From the NCBI GenBank assembly GCA_965232515.1, contig CBDDPY010000002.1, forward strand, positions 6,848,001 through 6,912,000: a DNA stretch of 64,000 nucleotides, given 5' to 3'. Both the position numbers and the translations under genes were made by a program. Positions 12,156-22,127 of this stretch are shown here, in pieces (position 1 is the stretch's first letter; every line of letters begins with the position of its first letter). The notes beneath the pieces are model-generated. The model was not told the origin of the DNA and did no database searches. It was given only the letters and a program-made list of their open reading frames with translations. The stretch is from Alphaproteobacteria bacterium. Its GTDB lineage: Bacteria; Pseudomonadota; Alphaproteobacteria; GCA-2731375.

Positions 12156-13424
12156 TCAGGTCCGCAGCGAGGGGATTGGGAACGCGTTGGCGAGCGATCT
12201 GGCCTTCCCGGCCACGGCTGACACGCCTTCGCCCTTCAGGATACGGACCACGAGGTCGGCGATCACGACCATCTCCGCTTCCCGCATGCCGCGCGCGGTG
12301 ACGGCGGGGGTGCCGAGCCGGAGGCCGCTGGGCCGGGCCGGCGGGCGCGGATCGTCGGGGATGAGCTGCTTGTTGGTGATCAACCCGGCGTCTTCCAGGC
12401 GCGCCTGAATCTCGCCGCCGTCGGCGCCGCAGAACTCGGCGACATTCAGCACCAGGAGATGGTTCTCGGTGCCGCCGGTGATCAGTGGCATTTCGTGCCG
12501 GCGAAGCGCCTGGCCAAGTGTCTGCGCGTTCAGCAGAACCTGTCGCGCGTAGTCCCGGAATTCCCGGGTCGTCGCCTTGCGGAGCGCGACGGCGATGCCG
12601 GCGACCTGATGCATGTGCGGCCCGCCCTGCAGGCCCGGAAACACGGCCTTGTCGATGGCTTGGGCGTAGGCCTGACGGCAGGCGATCAGGCCGCCGCGCG
12701 GGCCGCGCAGTGTTTTGTGCGTGGTTGTGGTCAGGACGTCGAAACCGTGATCCATCGGATTGGCGAGCGCGCTGCCGGCGATCAGGCCGCCGATATGGGA
12801 GACATCCGCCATGGCAATGGCGCCGACCTCGTCGGCGATGTGCCGGAAGGCGCCGTAATCCAGCTCGCGCGGATAGGACGAGTGGCCGCAGAGCAGCAAC
12901 TTGGGCCGGTGCTCGAGCGCGAGCTTGCGGATCTCGCCGAAATCGAGATCGCCGCCGCGCCCGTGTGTGCGGTAGCGGACGAAGTTGAAGATCCGGCCCA
13001 TGTGCGAGACCGGCGCGCCATGGGTCAGGTGGCCGCCGTGGCTCAGGTCCATGGCCAGGATCGTGTCGCCCGGATCGAGCAGGCCGAGGTAGACGGCCTG
13101 GTTCATGGGCGAGCCCGACAGCGGCTGCACGTTCGCGTGCTCGGCCCGGAAGCAGGCCTTGGCGCGGTCGATGGCGATCCGCTCGATCTCGTCGTAGTGC
13201 CGCTGGCCGGCATAATAGCGCCGGCCGGGATAGCCCTCGGCATACTTGTCGGTCAGCAGCGAGCCGTTGGTCTCCAGCACCTCGGGATAGGTGTGGTTCT
13301 CGGACGCGATCAGCGTCAGCGTTTCGGCCTGACGGTCGGTCTCGCGGCGGATCGCCTCGGCGATCGCCGGATCAGCGCCGGCAAGCGTCGGGCGTGGATC
13401 AGAATGTACGGGGAGGGGATGCAT
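12156..13424 (-). CDS. glyA: Serine hydroxymethyltransferase
   Basis: LIASEN, KYAEGYPGRRYY, GGHLTHG, TTTHKTLRGPRGG (PLP lysine), FPGLQGGP, SGLRLGTPA. Confidence 0.97.
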   Translation of the reverse strand: MHPLPVHSDPRPTLAGADPAIAEAIRRETDRQAETLTLIASENHTYPEVLETNGSLLTDKYAEGYPGRRYYAGQRHYDEIERIAIDRAKACFRAEHANVQPLSGSPMNQAVYLGLLDPGDTILAMDLSHGGHLTHGAPVSHMGRIFNFVRYRTHGRGGDLDFGEIRKLALEHRPKLLLCGHSSYPRELDYGAFRHIADEVGAIAMADVSHIGGLIAGSALANPMDHGFDVLTTTTHKTLRGPRGGLIACRQAYAQAIDKAVFPGLQGGPHMHQVAGIAVALRKATTREFRDYARQVLLNAQTLGQALRRHEMPLITGGTENHLLVLNVAEFCGADGGEIQARLEDAGLITNKQLIPDDPRPPARPSGLRLGTPAVTARGMREAEMVVIADLVVRILKGEGVSAVAGKARSLANAFPIPSLRT

Positions 13425-13460
13425 CGCGCGCTCCTTGGCATCCGTTGACGATCAGGTGGA

Positions 13461-13537
13461 TGCCCAGGCGCGCGGCAAATCTCACGCGCGGAGTTCCCGG
13501 TAGTAAGCTCTACCTTCAGGCGCCAGTCGTCCGCGCG
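13461..13537 (-). ncRNA. ZMP/ZTP (pfl) riboswitch
   Basis: Minus strand CGCGCGGA-CGACTGGCG...AGGTAG-AGCTTA-CTACC-GGGAAC-TCCGCGCG...TGCCGCGCGCCTGGGCA has the P1/P2 stems, the GACTGGCG / CGCCTGGGCA pseudoknot and P3; lies 37 nt upstream of glyA. Confidence 0.9.
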
Positions 13538-13613
13538 CCTCAGACGCTACGCAATGTGGGGGCGTTCGGCAAGCCTCGGCGGTTCCGATATCCGGCCGTG
13601 GCGAGAAAATCCG

Positions 13614-14012
13614 CTATTTCTTGCGGTCGACCGCGTCGAGCAGGCTGTCGTCGAGCTCGTTCTGCGTGCGAATCAGCGCGGCGCTGGCCTTGTAGGCGTT
13701 GGCGGCCATGCGCTGGTCGACGAATTCCTCGGCCAGGTTGACGTTCGGAAAGGCCGACAGCCCGGTCGGGCTGGACGGGTCCGGCAGGGTGGTGGTGGCC
13801 GGCGTCACCGGCACCGCGCGCGCCTGGACGCCGCCATAGGCGAGCGCCGCCTGCTGCACGCGCTGCGGCTGGTAGGCGGCGGCCGGCGGCTCGGTGGCGT
13901 CCAGCGTCGTCGGCGCCGTGGTCTGGGCGTTGACGACGTTGTTCGCCGAGACGGCGACACGGGTCGACGCCGCGCGCAGTCCGCTCAGCGCGATGTTACG
14001 TACAGGGTCCAT
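13614..14012 (-). CDS. Orphan flagellar basal-body rod FlgC-like protein
   Basis: N-terminal IALSGL...SANNVVNAQT and C-terminal PNVNLAEEFVD...AYKAS rod/hook signatures. Confidence 0.85.
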   Translation of the reverse strand: MDPVRNIALSGLRAASTRVAVSANNVVNAQTTAPTTLDATEPPAAAYQPQRVQQAALAYGGVQARAVPVTPATTTLPDPSSPTGLSAFPNVNLAEEFVDQRMAANAYKASAALIRTQNELDDSLLDAVDRKK

Positions 14013-14205
14013 GCAGCAAATATACTGTCACGAGGAAAGAAGTCAAGAAAATATATTAAAATCAATTACTTAGAAAGATTTCATAAAAATTTAATGTAAA
14101 TTAATCGGTTCCCGGCGAACGCCTTGATCCACGACAAAAAGCGCCGCGACACATGGCGCTAGCATGCGCGCCTGCCTTTCCACGACACGCCAGGAGCCAC
14201 GGCCC

Positions 14206-15318
14206 ATGATCACCACCGCTATCTTTCCCGCCCGCTACGTTCAGGGCGACGGCGCGCTCGGCAGCCTCGGTGAGGAGCTCTCGCGCCTCGGCGACAGCGC
14301 GCTGGCGATCTGCGATCCATATGTGCACCGGGAGCTGCTGCCGGCGATCCAGGCCGGCATCGGCGACGACGTCAGGCTGGTGCTGGAGCCGTTCGGCGGC
14401 GAGTGCTCGGACGAGGAGATCGGCCGGCTGCTGAGCATCGCCGAGCACAACGAGGTCGCCGTGGTGGTCGGCCTGGGCGGCGGCAAAACGTTGGACACGG
14501 CCAAGGCCGTGGCGCACGAGCGCCATCTGCCGGTGGCGGTGGTGCCGACGCTCGCGTCCACCGACGCGCCGTGCAGCGCGCTGTCGGTGATCTATTCGGT
14601 CGACGGCGCCTTCAAGCGGTATCTCGTGCTGCCGCGCAATCCCGATCTGGTGCTGGTCGATACCGGCGTCGTCGCCCGGGCGCCGGTGCGCTTTCTGGTA
14701 GCCGGCATGGGCGACGCGCTGGCGACCTGGTTCGAGGCCGAGGACTGCCATCTGAAGCACGGCCCCAACATGACCGGCCGCGAGGGCCCGATGACCGCCT
14801 ATGGCCTGGCGCGGCAGTGCCATGAGACGCTGATGGCCTATGGCGTCGCGGCCAAGCTGTCCTGTGAGCTGGGGGCGGTGACGCCGGCGTTGGAACACGT
14901 GGTCGAGGCGAACACGCTGCTGAGCGGGCTCGGTTTCGAGAGCGGCGGGCTGGCCGCCGCGCACGCCATCCACAACGGGCTGACGGCGCTCGATGAGACG
15001 CACGCCTACTGGCACGGCGAGAAGGTGGCGGTCGGCACGCAGGCGATGATGTTCCTGTCCGACAAGTCGCGCGAAACCATCGAGACGGTCTTCGGCTTTT
15101 GCGAATCCGTGGGCCTGCCGACCACGCTGGCCGATATCGGCCTCGCAGAGGCGGCGGATGCGCGCCTGATGCTGGCGGCGGAGCGGGCCTGCGCCCCCGG
15201 CGAGACCATCTACAACGAGCCGGTCGAAGTCACGCCACGGGCGGTGTTCGCCGCGCTGAAAACGGCGGATTCCTATGGCCGGCACCGGCGCACGACGAAA
15301 GCGGCCGTTAACGACTAG
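14206..15318 (+). CDS. gldA: Glycerol dehydrogenase
   Basis: FPARYVQG, GLGGGKTLDTAK, PTLASTDAPCSALSVIY, AGMGDALATWFEA, LSGLGFESGGLAAAHAIHNG, HGEKVA. Confidence 0.92.
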   Translation: MITTAIFPARYVQGDGALGSLGEELSRLGDSALAICDPYVHRELLPAIQAGIGDDVRLVLEPFGGECSDEEIGRLLSIAEHNEVAVVVGLGGGKTLDTAKAVAHERHLPVAVVPTLASTDAPCSALSVIYSVDGAFKRYLVLPRNPDLVLVDTGVVARAPVRFLVAGMGDALATWFEAEDCHLKHGPNMTGREGPMTAYGLARQCHETLMAYGVAAKLSCELGAVTPALEHVVEANTLLSGLGFESGGLAAAHAIHNGLTALDETHAYWHGEKVAVGTQAMMFLSDKSRETIETVFGFCESVGLPTTLADIGLAEAADARLMLAAERACAPGETIYNEPVEVTPRAVFAALKTADSYGRHRRTTKAAVND

Positions 15319-15399
15319 GCAATCCGGCCCGCCGACACTTGACATGGCGGCCTTGGAGTCAAAGGTGACTCTATCGAAGCCTTGGGGAGCGGAGTGGGC

Positions 15400-16290
15400 A
15401 TGTTGCGGGTTCTGATTGTGGCGGTGGTGATGCTGGCGGCGCTGCCGGCGCGCGCGCAAATCGATCGCGGCATCGCCGCCTTCGAGGTCGACGATTTCGA
15501 GTCGGCGCTGAACGTGTTCCGGCCGTTGGCCGACATCGGCGATCCAGAGGCGCAGTACTGGCTGGCCCGGCACTATGACGCAGGGCTTGGGGTCGCGGAG
15601 GACCCGGACCAGGCGCTGGCCTGGTTCCGCAAGGCGGCCGACCAGGGCCATGCCGAATCTCAACGCGTGATCGGCATCTATTACGAAGAAGGCAAGGCCG
15701 TGGATCGGGACTTCGCGGCCGCGGCGATCTGGTACGAAAAGGCCGCCGAGCAGGGCAACGCCAAGGCGCAGCGAAATCTGGCGGCGCTCTATTCCGACGG
15801 CCGCGGCGTGCGGGCCAGCAAGGCGACGGCGGCGAAATGGCTGCAACTGGCCGCCGATGGTGGCAACGCCAAGGCCAAGCGTAACCTCGCCTATCTGTAC
15901 TACTACGGGTCCGGCGTGCCGCTGGACCGGACGCGCGCGGCCGAACTGTTCGCGGAGGCCTCGGCCGAGGGCGTCGGCAAGGCGGAGTTCGATCTCGGCC
16001 GGCTGTATTATCGCGGCCACGGTGTCGAGCAGGACTTCGCCCGGGCGGCGCGGCATTTCCGCACCGCCGCCATCGAGGGGCATTCCCGCGCGCAGCTGTT
16101 CCTGGGCCGCATGTTCCATCGCGGCGAGGGCGTACGGCAGGACGACACCAAGGCCTATTACTGGCTGTCGCTGGCCGCCGTGCAGGGCGAGGAGACGGCG
16201 GTGCCGCTGATCGAGCGGATCTCGGGCGAGCTGTCGGACGACGAGCGGCAGGCCGCCGAGAGCGAGGCACAGGCGTTCGAGCCGAAATAG
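15400..16290 (+). CDS. Secreted Sel1-like repeat protein
   Basis: Signal peptide then repeated AQxxL..Y..G.GV..D...A..W...AA.QG units. Confidence 0.92.
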   Translation: MLRVLIVAVVMLAALPARAQIDRGIAAFEVDDFESALNVFRPLADIGDPEAQYWLARHYDAGLGVAEDPDQALAWFRKAADQGHAESQRVIGIYYEEGKAVDRDFAAAAIWYEKAAEQGNAKAQRNLAALYSDGRGVRASKATAAKWLQLAADGGNAKAKRNLAYLYYYGSGVPLDRTRAAELFAEASAEGVGKAEFDLGRLYYRGHGVEQDFARAARHFRTAAIEGHSRAQLFLGRMFHRGEGVRQDDTKAYYWLSLAAVQGEETAVPLIERISGELSDDERQAAESEAQAFEPK

Positions 16291-16373
16291 CCGCTGCGAC
16301 TGCGCCCGTGAACCGGCGGCGCGCCGATGGCGTATAACCGGGCATCGTCGTTCTTGCGCGCCGAGGCCCCGCC

Positions 16374-17465
16374 GTGACCCGTCTGTTGCCATCGCCCACC
16401 GCCATCCTGTTTGTTGTTCTGTTGACCGTTGTTGTCGCCTGCTCGGGATCGACGCAGAAACCAGGCGCGCCCTACCACCACACCACCACCGGCTTCCGCA
16501 ACCCGGCGGGCAGCCCGGAGCGCGGGCCGTTCTGGGAGCGGGCGCCCTGGCTGCTGACGACGCCGTTCCGGCTGAGCGGTCGTAGCGGTGTCGTGGTGCC
16601 CGACGATCATGTGGTTCCGCCGGCGGAAGCGCTGGCCGCGTTCAACGCGGCGACGGACGAGGACACCATTACCTGGATCGGCCACATGACGGCGCTGCTG
16701 CGTATCGACGGGGCCGTGGTGCTGACAGATCCATGGTTTACGGACTACGCGACGCCGGTGCCGCCGTTGGGGCCGAAGCGGGTGGTGCCGCCGGGTCTGG
16801 CGATCGATGACCTGCCGCCGATCGATGTGGTGGTGATCTCGCACAGCCACTACGACCATCTCGACCTGCCGACCATCGAGATGCTGCCGAACAAGGAACG
16901 CATCACCGCCGTGGTGCCGCTGAAGCTGGGCCGGTATTTCCGCGAGCGCGGCTATGATCAGGTGATCGAGCTGGACTGGTACGAGGAGACCGAGGCGGCG
17001 GGTCTTAGCTTCACCGCGCTGCCGGTGATCCATTGGTCGAAACGCTCGCTGTTCCGCACCAACGACACGCTCTGGGCATCGTTCGCCATCGAGGCGCGGA
17101 ACGGGCTGCGGGTGTATTTCGGCGGCGATGCCGAATACGGCCCGGTCTACCGGGAAGTGAACGAACGCGCGGGCGGTTTCGACGTGGCGCTGATCTCGAT
17201 CGGCGCGTTCCTGCCGCGGGCGGTGATGAACGGCGCGCACTGCGTACCGGATCCGTGTATGCAACTTGCCATCGATCTGAATTCGCACACGCTGGTCGGC
17301 ATGCATTGGGGCACGGTGCGGCTCGGCGACGACGGATTCCTGGAGCCGGCCGAACGCTTCCGCGCCGCGGGCCGCAAGCGCGGCCTGCCCGACGAGCGGG
17401 TCTGGCTGATGCGGATCGGCGAGACCCGCGTGCTGCCAAGGCGACCGGAGGTGGCGACGCAGTAG
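16374..17465 (+). CDS. MBL-fold metallohydrolase (RomA/NAPE-PLD-like), probable lipoprotein
   Basis: TWIGH, LTDPWF, SHSHYDHLD, HWSKR, YFGGD, MHWGT; VVAC lipobox-like. Confidence 0.9.
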   Translation: MTRLLPSPTAILFVVLLTVVVACSGSTQKPGAPYHHTTTGFRNPAGSPERGPFWERAPWLLTTPFRLSGRSGVVVPDDHVVPPAEALAAFNAATDEDTITWIGHMTALLRIDGAVVLTDPWFTDYATPVPPLGPKRVVPPGLAIDDLPPIDVVVISHSHYDHLDLPTIEMLPNKERITAVVPLKLGRYFRERGYDQVIELDWYEETEAAGLSFTALPVIHWSKRSLFRTNDTLWASFAIEARNGLRVYFGGDAEYGPVYREVNERAGGFDVALISIGAFLPRAVMNGAHCVPDPCMQLAIDLNSHTLVGMHWGTVRLGDDGFLEPAERFRAAGRKRGLPDERVWLMRIGETRVLPRRPEVATQ

Positions 17466-17513
17466 CGGGGCGGCGGTGTATATTGGTTCCGACCAGATTG
17501 CGGGGAGGGATCG

Positions 17514-18599
17514 ATGGCCGGGTATCCGGGCAGCGAAGACGAGCGGCGGGTCGACTACGCGGCGCTGCGGGACGTGGTGGCGCGGACCTTCGCGGCCTGC
17601 GGCATGTCCGACGCGGACGCGGGGCTCCTGGCGGAAACGCTGGCCGTGGCCGACCTGCGCGGCGTGCATTCGCACGGCACGCTTCGGGTGCCGGACTATG
17701 TCGCCAAGCTGACGGTGGACGGCGTCGATCCGCGCGGGACGCCGCGTGTCGCGCGGGACGCCGGCGCGGCCATCGTCATCGACGGCGGCAATTCCATGGG
17801 TCAGATCGGTGGCGCGTTTGCCATGCGGTTGGCCATCGAGCGGGCGCGCGACCTTAACGTTGCCGTGGCCACGGTTGGCGGCAGCAACCATTGCGGGGCC
17901 ATGGCCTATTTCGCCATGCAGGCGCTGCCGCACGACATGATCGGCATCGCCACCACGAACGCGCTGCCGACCATGGCGCCGTGGGGCGGCGCCGAGAAGA
18001 TCGTCGGCATCAATCCGATTGCCGTGGCGATCCCGGCCGCCACGGCCGATCCTGTTGTGTTCGACGCCGCCTTCAGCGGCTCGTCGCACGGTAAGATCCG
18101 GGTCTATCACCAGAAGGGGCTGGCGCTGCCGGACGGCTGGGCCTTCGACGCCGACGGCCGGCCGACGACGGACACGGGCGCAGCGCTCGACGGCCTGCTG
18201 CAGCCGATCGGTGGCTACAAGGGCATCAGCCTGGCGATGATCATGGGGCTGTTGTCGAGCCTGCTGTCGGGCGCCGGCTACGGCACCGAGTCCGGCAATA
18301 TGGTTGACGGCGCGACGCCGGGGCGCGACGGGCACTTCTTCATGGCGATCAACGTCGCCGGCTTCGAGGACGTGGATACGTTCAAGCGGCGGGTCGATGG
18401 CGTCGTCGCTGAAGTTCATGACAGCCGGCGCGCGCCCGGTGTGGAGCGTCTTTTCGTGCCGGGCGAGCTGGAAGCCGAGACCGAGCGTCTGTATCGCCGC
18501 GACGGTATTCCGTTGAACGATGAGACGCTGTCGGCGATTACCGGCGCCGCGGCCGACCTGGGCGTCGACGCCGGAGCGCTGACGGCGTCCATCGCTTAG
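17514..18599 (+). CDS. Ldh_2 family oxidoreductase (malate/L-lactate/sulfolactate/ureidoglycolate dehydrogenase-like)
   Basis: DLRGVHSHG, SNHCG, GINPIA, PIGGYKG, VPGE. Confidence 0.9.
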   Translation: MAGYPGSEDERRVDYAALRDVVARTFAACGMSDADAGLLAETLAVADLRGVHSHGTLRVPDYVAKLTVDGVDPRGTPRVARDAGAAIVIDGGNSMGQIGGAFAMRLAIERARDLNVAVATVGGSNHCGAMAYFAMQALPHDMIGIATTNALPTMAPWGGAEKIVGINPIAVAIPAATADPVVFDAAFSGSSHGKIRVYHQKGLALPDGWAFDADGRPTTDTGAALDGLLQPIGGYKGISLAMIMGLLSSLLSGAGYGTESGNMVDGATPGRDGHFFMAINVAGFEDVDTFKRRVDGVVAEVHDSRRAPGVERLFVPGELEAETERLYRRDGIPLNDETLSAITGAAADLGVDAGALTASIA

Positions 18600-18614
18600 G
18601 GCATACTTGGCGCC

Positions 18615-19598
18615 ATGGGGAAGACGGAACGCGAGATCTATCAACCGTCGGCGGAGCAGCGGGCGCTGTTCCCCGCGGTTTCCGGCAATACGGTCAACGG
18701 GCTCGGTGAGCCGGTGCGGCGGCGGCCGACGCCGATCTACTGGCACAGGCCCGAGGCGCTGGCGCACGGCAAGCTGCAGCTCTACATGATCGACAAGTTC
18801 CTGAAGGAGCCGGCGCTAGCCCAGAGCCACAAGGGCTTCGGCGGGCGTGGCCCGGAACAGGCCGATCCCGTGGCGCCCGCGCGTGCCGAGGATACGGCCG
18901 AGAGCTGGTCGACCCGAGTGAAGGAATTCGCGCTGGCGCACGACGCCGATCTGGTCGGCATTGCCCGGCTCGATCCGGACTGGGTGTTCGAGGGCTACGA
19001 GGTCGACGCGCCGTTCATCGTCATGCTGGGCGTGGCCATGGACCAGCCGCGGTTGGCGCGCACCGCGCCCGCGCTCGACTCGGCGCTGGAGGTGCAGGCG
19101 CAGTACAACCGCGGCACCCGCGCGGCGCGCTATCTGGCGAACTGGATCCGCGGCCAGGGCTGGCACGCCGCGCCGCATGGCGGCCCCTGGGCCGGGCCGG
19201 TGACGCTGATCCCGGCGGCGCTGGCCTGCGGCTTCGGCGAGCTCGGCAAGCACGGTTCGATCATCAACCGCAACTTCGGCTCGTCGTTTCGGCTTGCCGG
19301 CGTCACCACCGATCTACCGCTGCTGCCCGACCAGATCGATACGTTCGGGGCCGAGGACTTCTGCACCTCGTGCCAGGTCTGCAAGAACGCCTGCCCGCCG
19401 CAGGCGATCGTCGACGACAAGCAGATGGTCCGTGGCACGGCCAAGTGGTACGTCGACTTCGACAAGTGCATTCCCTATTTCAACGACACGCATGGCTGCG
19501 GCATCTGCATCGCCGTCTGTCCGTGGAGCCGGCCGGGCACGGCGCCGAAGCTGGCCGAGCGCATGACACGCCGTCGCGAGCGGCTGGCCGCCGAGTGA
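18615..19598 (+). CDS. 4Fe-4S dicluster protein of the reductive dehalogenase/QueG superfamily
   Basis: ADLVGIA, GFGELGKHGSII, VTTDLPL, CTSCQVCKNACP and C..GCGICIAVCPW. Confidence 0.8.
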   Translation: MGKTEREIYQPSAEQRALFPAVSGNTVNGLGEPVRRRPTPIYWHRPEALAHGKLQLYMIDKFLKEPALAQSHKGFGGRGPEQADPVAPARAEDTAESWSTRVKEFALAHDADLVGIARLDPDWVFEGYEVDAPFIVMLGVAMDQPRLARTAPALDSALEVQAQYNRGTRAARYLANWIRGQGWHAAPHGGPWAGPVTLIPAALACGFGELGKHGSIINRNFGSSFRLAGVTTDLPLLPDQIDTFGAEDFCTSCQVCKNACPPQAIVDDKQMVRGTAKWYVDFDKCIPYFNDTHGCGICIAVCPWSRPGTAPKLAERMTRRRERLAAE

Positions 19599-20593
19599 AG
19601 GTCGCGATCGTCGCGGCGCTGCTGTCCGCGGGCCTGCTGCTGTCGGCGTGCAGCGCGCCGGTGGTGCGGCCGGCGGGGCCCGCGGTGCAGACGCCGGCGC
19701 TGACGTCGGACGCGCTTATCGTCCGCGACGGCGCGCGGCTGCCGCTGTCGCGCTGGCTGCCGGACGGGCGCGTGCGGGCGAACGTGATCGCGCTGCACAG
19801 CTTCGGCGACTACCGAAAGAGCTTCGAGGAACTGGGAGCCTGGCTGGCAAGCCGTGGCATTGCCGTCTATGCCTATGACCAGCGCGGCTTCGGGGCCGCG
19901 CCGCATCCCGGCATCTGGCCGGGCGAGGCAGCCCTGGTCGACGATCTCGCCGACGCCGTCACGGCGCTCCGCGCCAGTCCCGGCGGCGCCGCCGCGCCGC
20001 TGTTCCTGTTGGGCGAGAGCATGGGCGGCGGCGTCGCCATGATCCAGGCGGCCCGCGCGCCGGCCGGCATCGACGGACTGATCCTGGCTGAACCGGCGGT
20101 GCGCGAGGGCATATACTTCCGCTACCTCTGGGATGCGGCGTTGTGGACCGCGGCCCGCACCGCGCCGGACGCCAGCGTCACCGTGTCGCGGACCTGGCAT
20201 CGCGATCTGAGCCCGGCGGCGCGGGCCCGGCTTGGCGACGATCCGCTGGTGGTGCGCGAGGTGCGCGCCGACACCTATGACGGTCTGATCGACCTGACGG
20301 ACTCGGCGACGGCGGCGGCCGAGCGGATAACGACCCCGACACTGCTGCTGTTCGGCCGGGCGACCGGCATCGTCAAGAAACGCTCGCTTTGCCACGCGTT
20401 CGATGACCTCGACGGCAACGTCACCGGGATCCAGTATCGCGGCGCGCCGCATCTGCTGTTGCATGCGCGCGACTGGCATCGGATCGCGGAGGACATCGCC
20501 GGCTGGATCGCGCGCGAGACACCGCCGTCCTTGAAGGCAAGCGGCACGGCCGTCTCGGCGGCGACGGCCTGCGGCTTACGGCACGCATGGTAA
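19595..20593 (+). CDS. Alpha/beta hydrolase lipoprotein (lysophospholipase/monoglyceride lipase-like)
   Basis: GTG start overlapping upstream TGA; lipobox LLSAC; YDQRGFG; nucleophile GESMGG. Confidence 0.88.
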   Translation: MKVAIVAALLSAGLLLSACSAPVVRPAGPAVQTPALTSDALIVRDGARLPLSRWLPDGRVRANVIALHSFGDYRKSFEELGAWLASRGIAVYAYDQRGFGAAPHPGIWPGEAALVDDLADAVTALRASPGGAAAPLFLLGESMGGGVAMIQAARAPAGIDGLILAEPAVREGIYFRYLWDAALWTAARTAPDASVTVSRTWHRDLSPAARARLGDDPLVVREVRADTYDGLIDLTDSATAAAERITTPTLLLFGRATGIVKKRSLCHAFDDLDGNVTGIQYRGAPHLLLHARDWHRIAEDIAGWIARETPPSLKASGTAVSAATACGLRHAW

Positions 20594-20628
20594 GCGGTTG
20601 TTAACCACGACGGGTGAGGGTGAGAGGC

Positions 20629-21465
20629 ATGACCTCCACCGCGGCGCAATCGCCCAAGAACGTGACGCCAGCTTTGCCGGCCGTTCGCTTCGGACTGGCC
20701 GAGCTTGACGATCCGGCGGTTCTCGCGCGGACATCGGTTCTTGCCGCCGCGGCGTTTCGCGACAACGGCGTGCTGTTGATCGAGAATGCCTTCTCGACGG
20801 CGTTCATCGACAAGCTGCACGCCGCCTACACCGACGAATACCGGGCCTACTTCCTCGACCTCGATTATCCAGACGCGCTCAACGTCGGAGACAAGCGCAC
20901 GATGATTACGGTGGCCTTCGCACCGCCGTTCAACGATCCCGATCTCTATGCCAGTCCGCTGGTGCTGCCGATCATCAGGCGCCTGCTGGGCGAGCGCTGC
21001 ATCCTCGGCAGCTTCGGTTCGGTGACGTCGCTGCCCGGTTCGGATCTGCAGCACATGCACGCCGATCATCCGCGCCTGTTCGACGATGATCCGGTCGACG
21101 CGGCGATGCCGCCGTTCGCGATCACCATGATCGTGCCGTTGGTCGACCTGAACGAGACGAACGGCACGACGCGTGTCTATCCCGGCAGCCACAAGGCGCC
21201 GATCCCGACGGCCAAGAGCATGGCCCATTGCGACCCCGTCGCGTCGCGCGGCGCCTGCTTGTTGATGGATTACCGGTTGTTTCACGGCGGCACCCCGAAC
21301 CGGTCGGCGGCGGTGCGGCCTATTCTCTACAATGTCTATTATCGGCCATGGTTTCGCGACTTCGTCAATTTCGGCAAGCAACCGCCGCTGGAGATCGATG
21401 CCGAGACCTATGGCGAAATCCCGGACAGCTACCGATCGCTGTTTCAATGGGCCTTGCGCGGCTGA
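20629..21465 (+). CDS. PhyH-family Fe(II)/2-oxoglutarate dioxygenase
   Basis: QHMHAD (HxD), NGTTRVYPGSH, FHGGTPN..R. Confidence 0.88.
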   Translation: MTSTAAQSPKNVTPALPAVRFGLAELDDPAVLARTSVLAAAAFRDNGVLLIENAFSTAFIDKLHAAYTDEYRAYFLDLDYPDALNVGDKRTMITVAFAPPFNDPDLYASPLVLPIIRRLLGERCILGSFGSVTSLPGSDLQHMHADHPRLFDDDPVDAAMPPFAITMIVPLVDLNETNGTTRVYPGSHKAPIPTAKSMAHCDPVASRGACLLMDYRLFHGGTPNRSAAVRPILYNVYYRPWFRDFVNFGKQPPLEIDAETYGEIPDSYRSLFQWALRG

Positions 21466-21498
21466 GCGCGTACGACTGACCGAACGAACAAGCGACGC

Positions 21499-21532
21499 AA
21501 AAAAGAAACCGCCGACCCTGCAAGGCCGGCGG
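21499..21532. terminator. Probable intrinsic terminator for the HU gene (between convergent genes)
   Basis: Imperfect hairpin ACCGCCGACC..GGCCGGCGGT preceded by an A-tract (U-tract on the minus strand). Confidence 0.55.
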
Positions 21533-21560
21533 TCCCAACCGGAACTCGTTGTTCTGCTTA

Positions 21561-21845
21561 TTAGCAGCCGGCGGCCTTCTTAAGCTGCGCGGCGGGGCGG
21601 AACTTGAGCACCTTTGACGCCTTGATGCGGATCGGCTCGCCGGTGCGCGGGTTGCGCCCCTTGCGCGCCGGCCGCTTGGTCACCGTGAAGGTGCCGAAGT
21701 TGCCGATGGTGTACTTGCCCTCTTTCTTCGAAGCTTTAAGGCCGGCCTCAAGCTCGCCAAGAACCAGATCGACGGCGCGTTTCGCCTCCGCCTTGCTGAC
21801 CTTCCCCTTCTTGGCGACGCGTTCGATAAATATAGCCCTGCTCAT
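21561..21845 (-). CDS. HU-family DNA-binding protein
   Basis: FGTF...ARKGRNPRTGE.I.I...F.P signature. Confidence 0.95.
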   Translation of the reverse strand: MSRAIFIERVAKKGKVSKAEAKRAVDLVLGELEAGLKASKKEGKYTIGNFGTFTVTKRPARKGRNPRTGEPIRIKASKVLKFRPAAQLKKAAGC

Positions 21846-22127
21846 ATCTCACCTTCTGTGATCACGGGACGAAAACGGCAGACTTGTGCCAGAACGCTCC
21901 CATCGCGACAAGGATAAACTGCGCAAACCCCTTATTTTTAAGGCTTTGCCGCCCACCGCGCGAAGCAAATGCAGTATTTCACTGGGTTTGCGTGTGCAGG
22001 GAATCGCGAATCACTTCGCCTTGCATATCGATGGCCGGCGCGCAAAGCGCGACGCGGCGTGCGTGCTGTGGAACAATCGCCGCCGTCGGGTACATGGACC
22101 GTATGTCTCAAGGGGAGTCTGCCGATC

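Noticed and set aside
14101-18767. Very long minus-strand ORFs (763 aa, 869 aa) and similar shadow ORFs elsewhere (e.g. 2422-4164, 5020-6579, 61749-63503)
   Set aside because: Antisense or alternate-frame shadows of well-supported genes in high-GC DNA, with no motifs.
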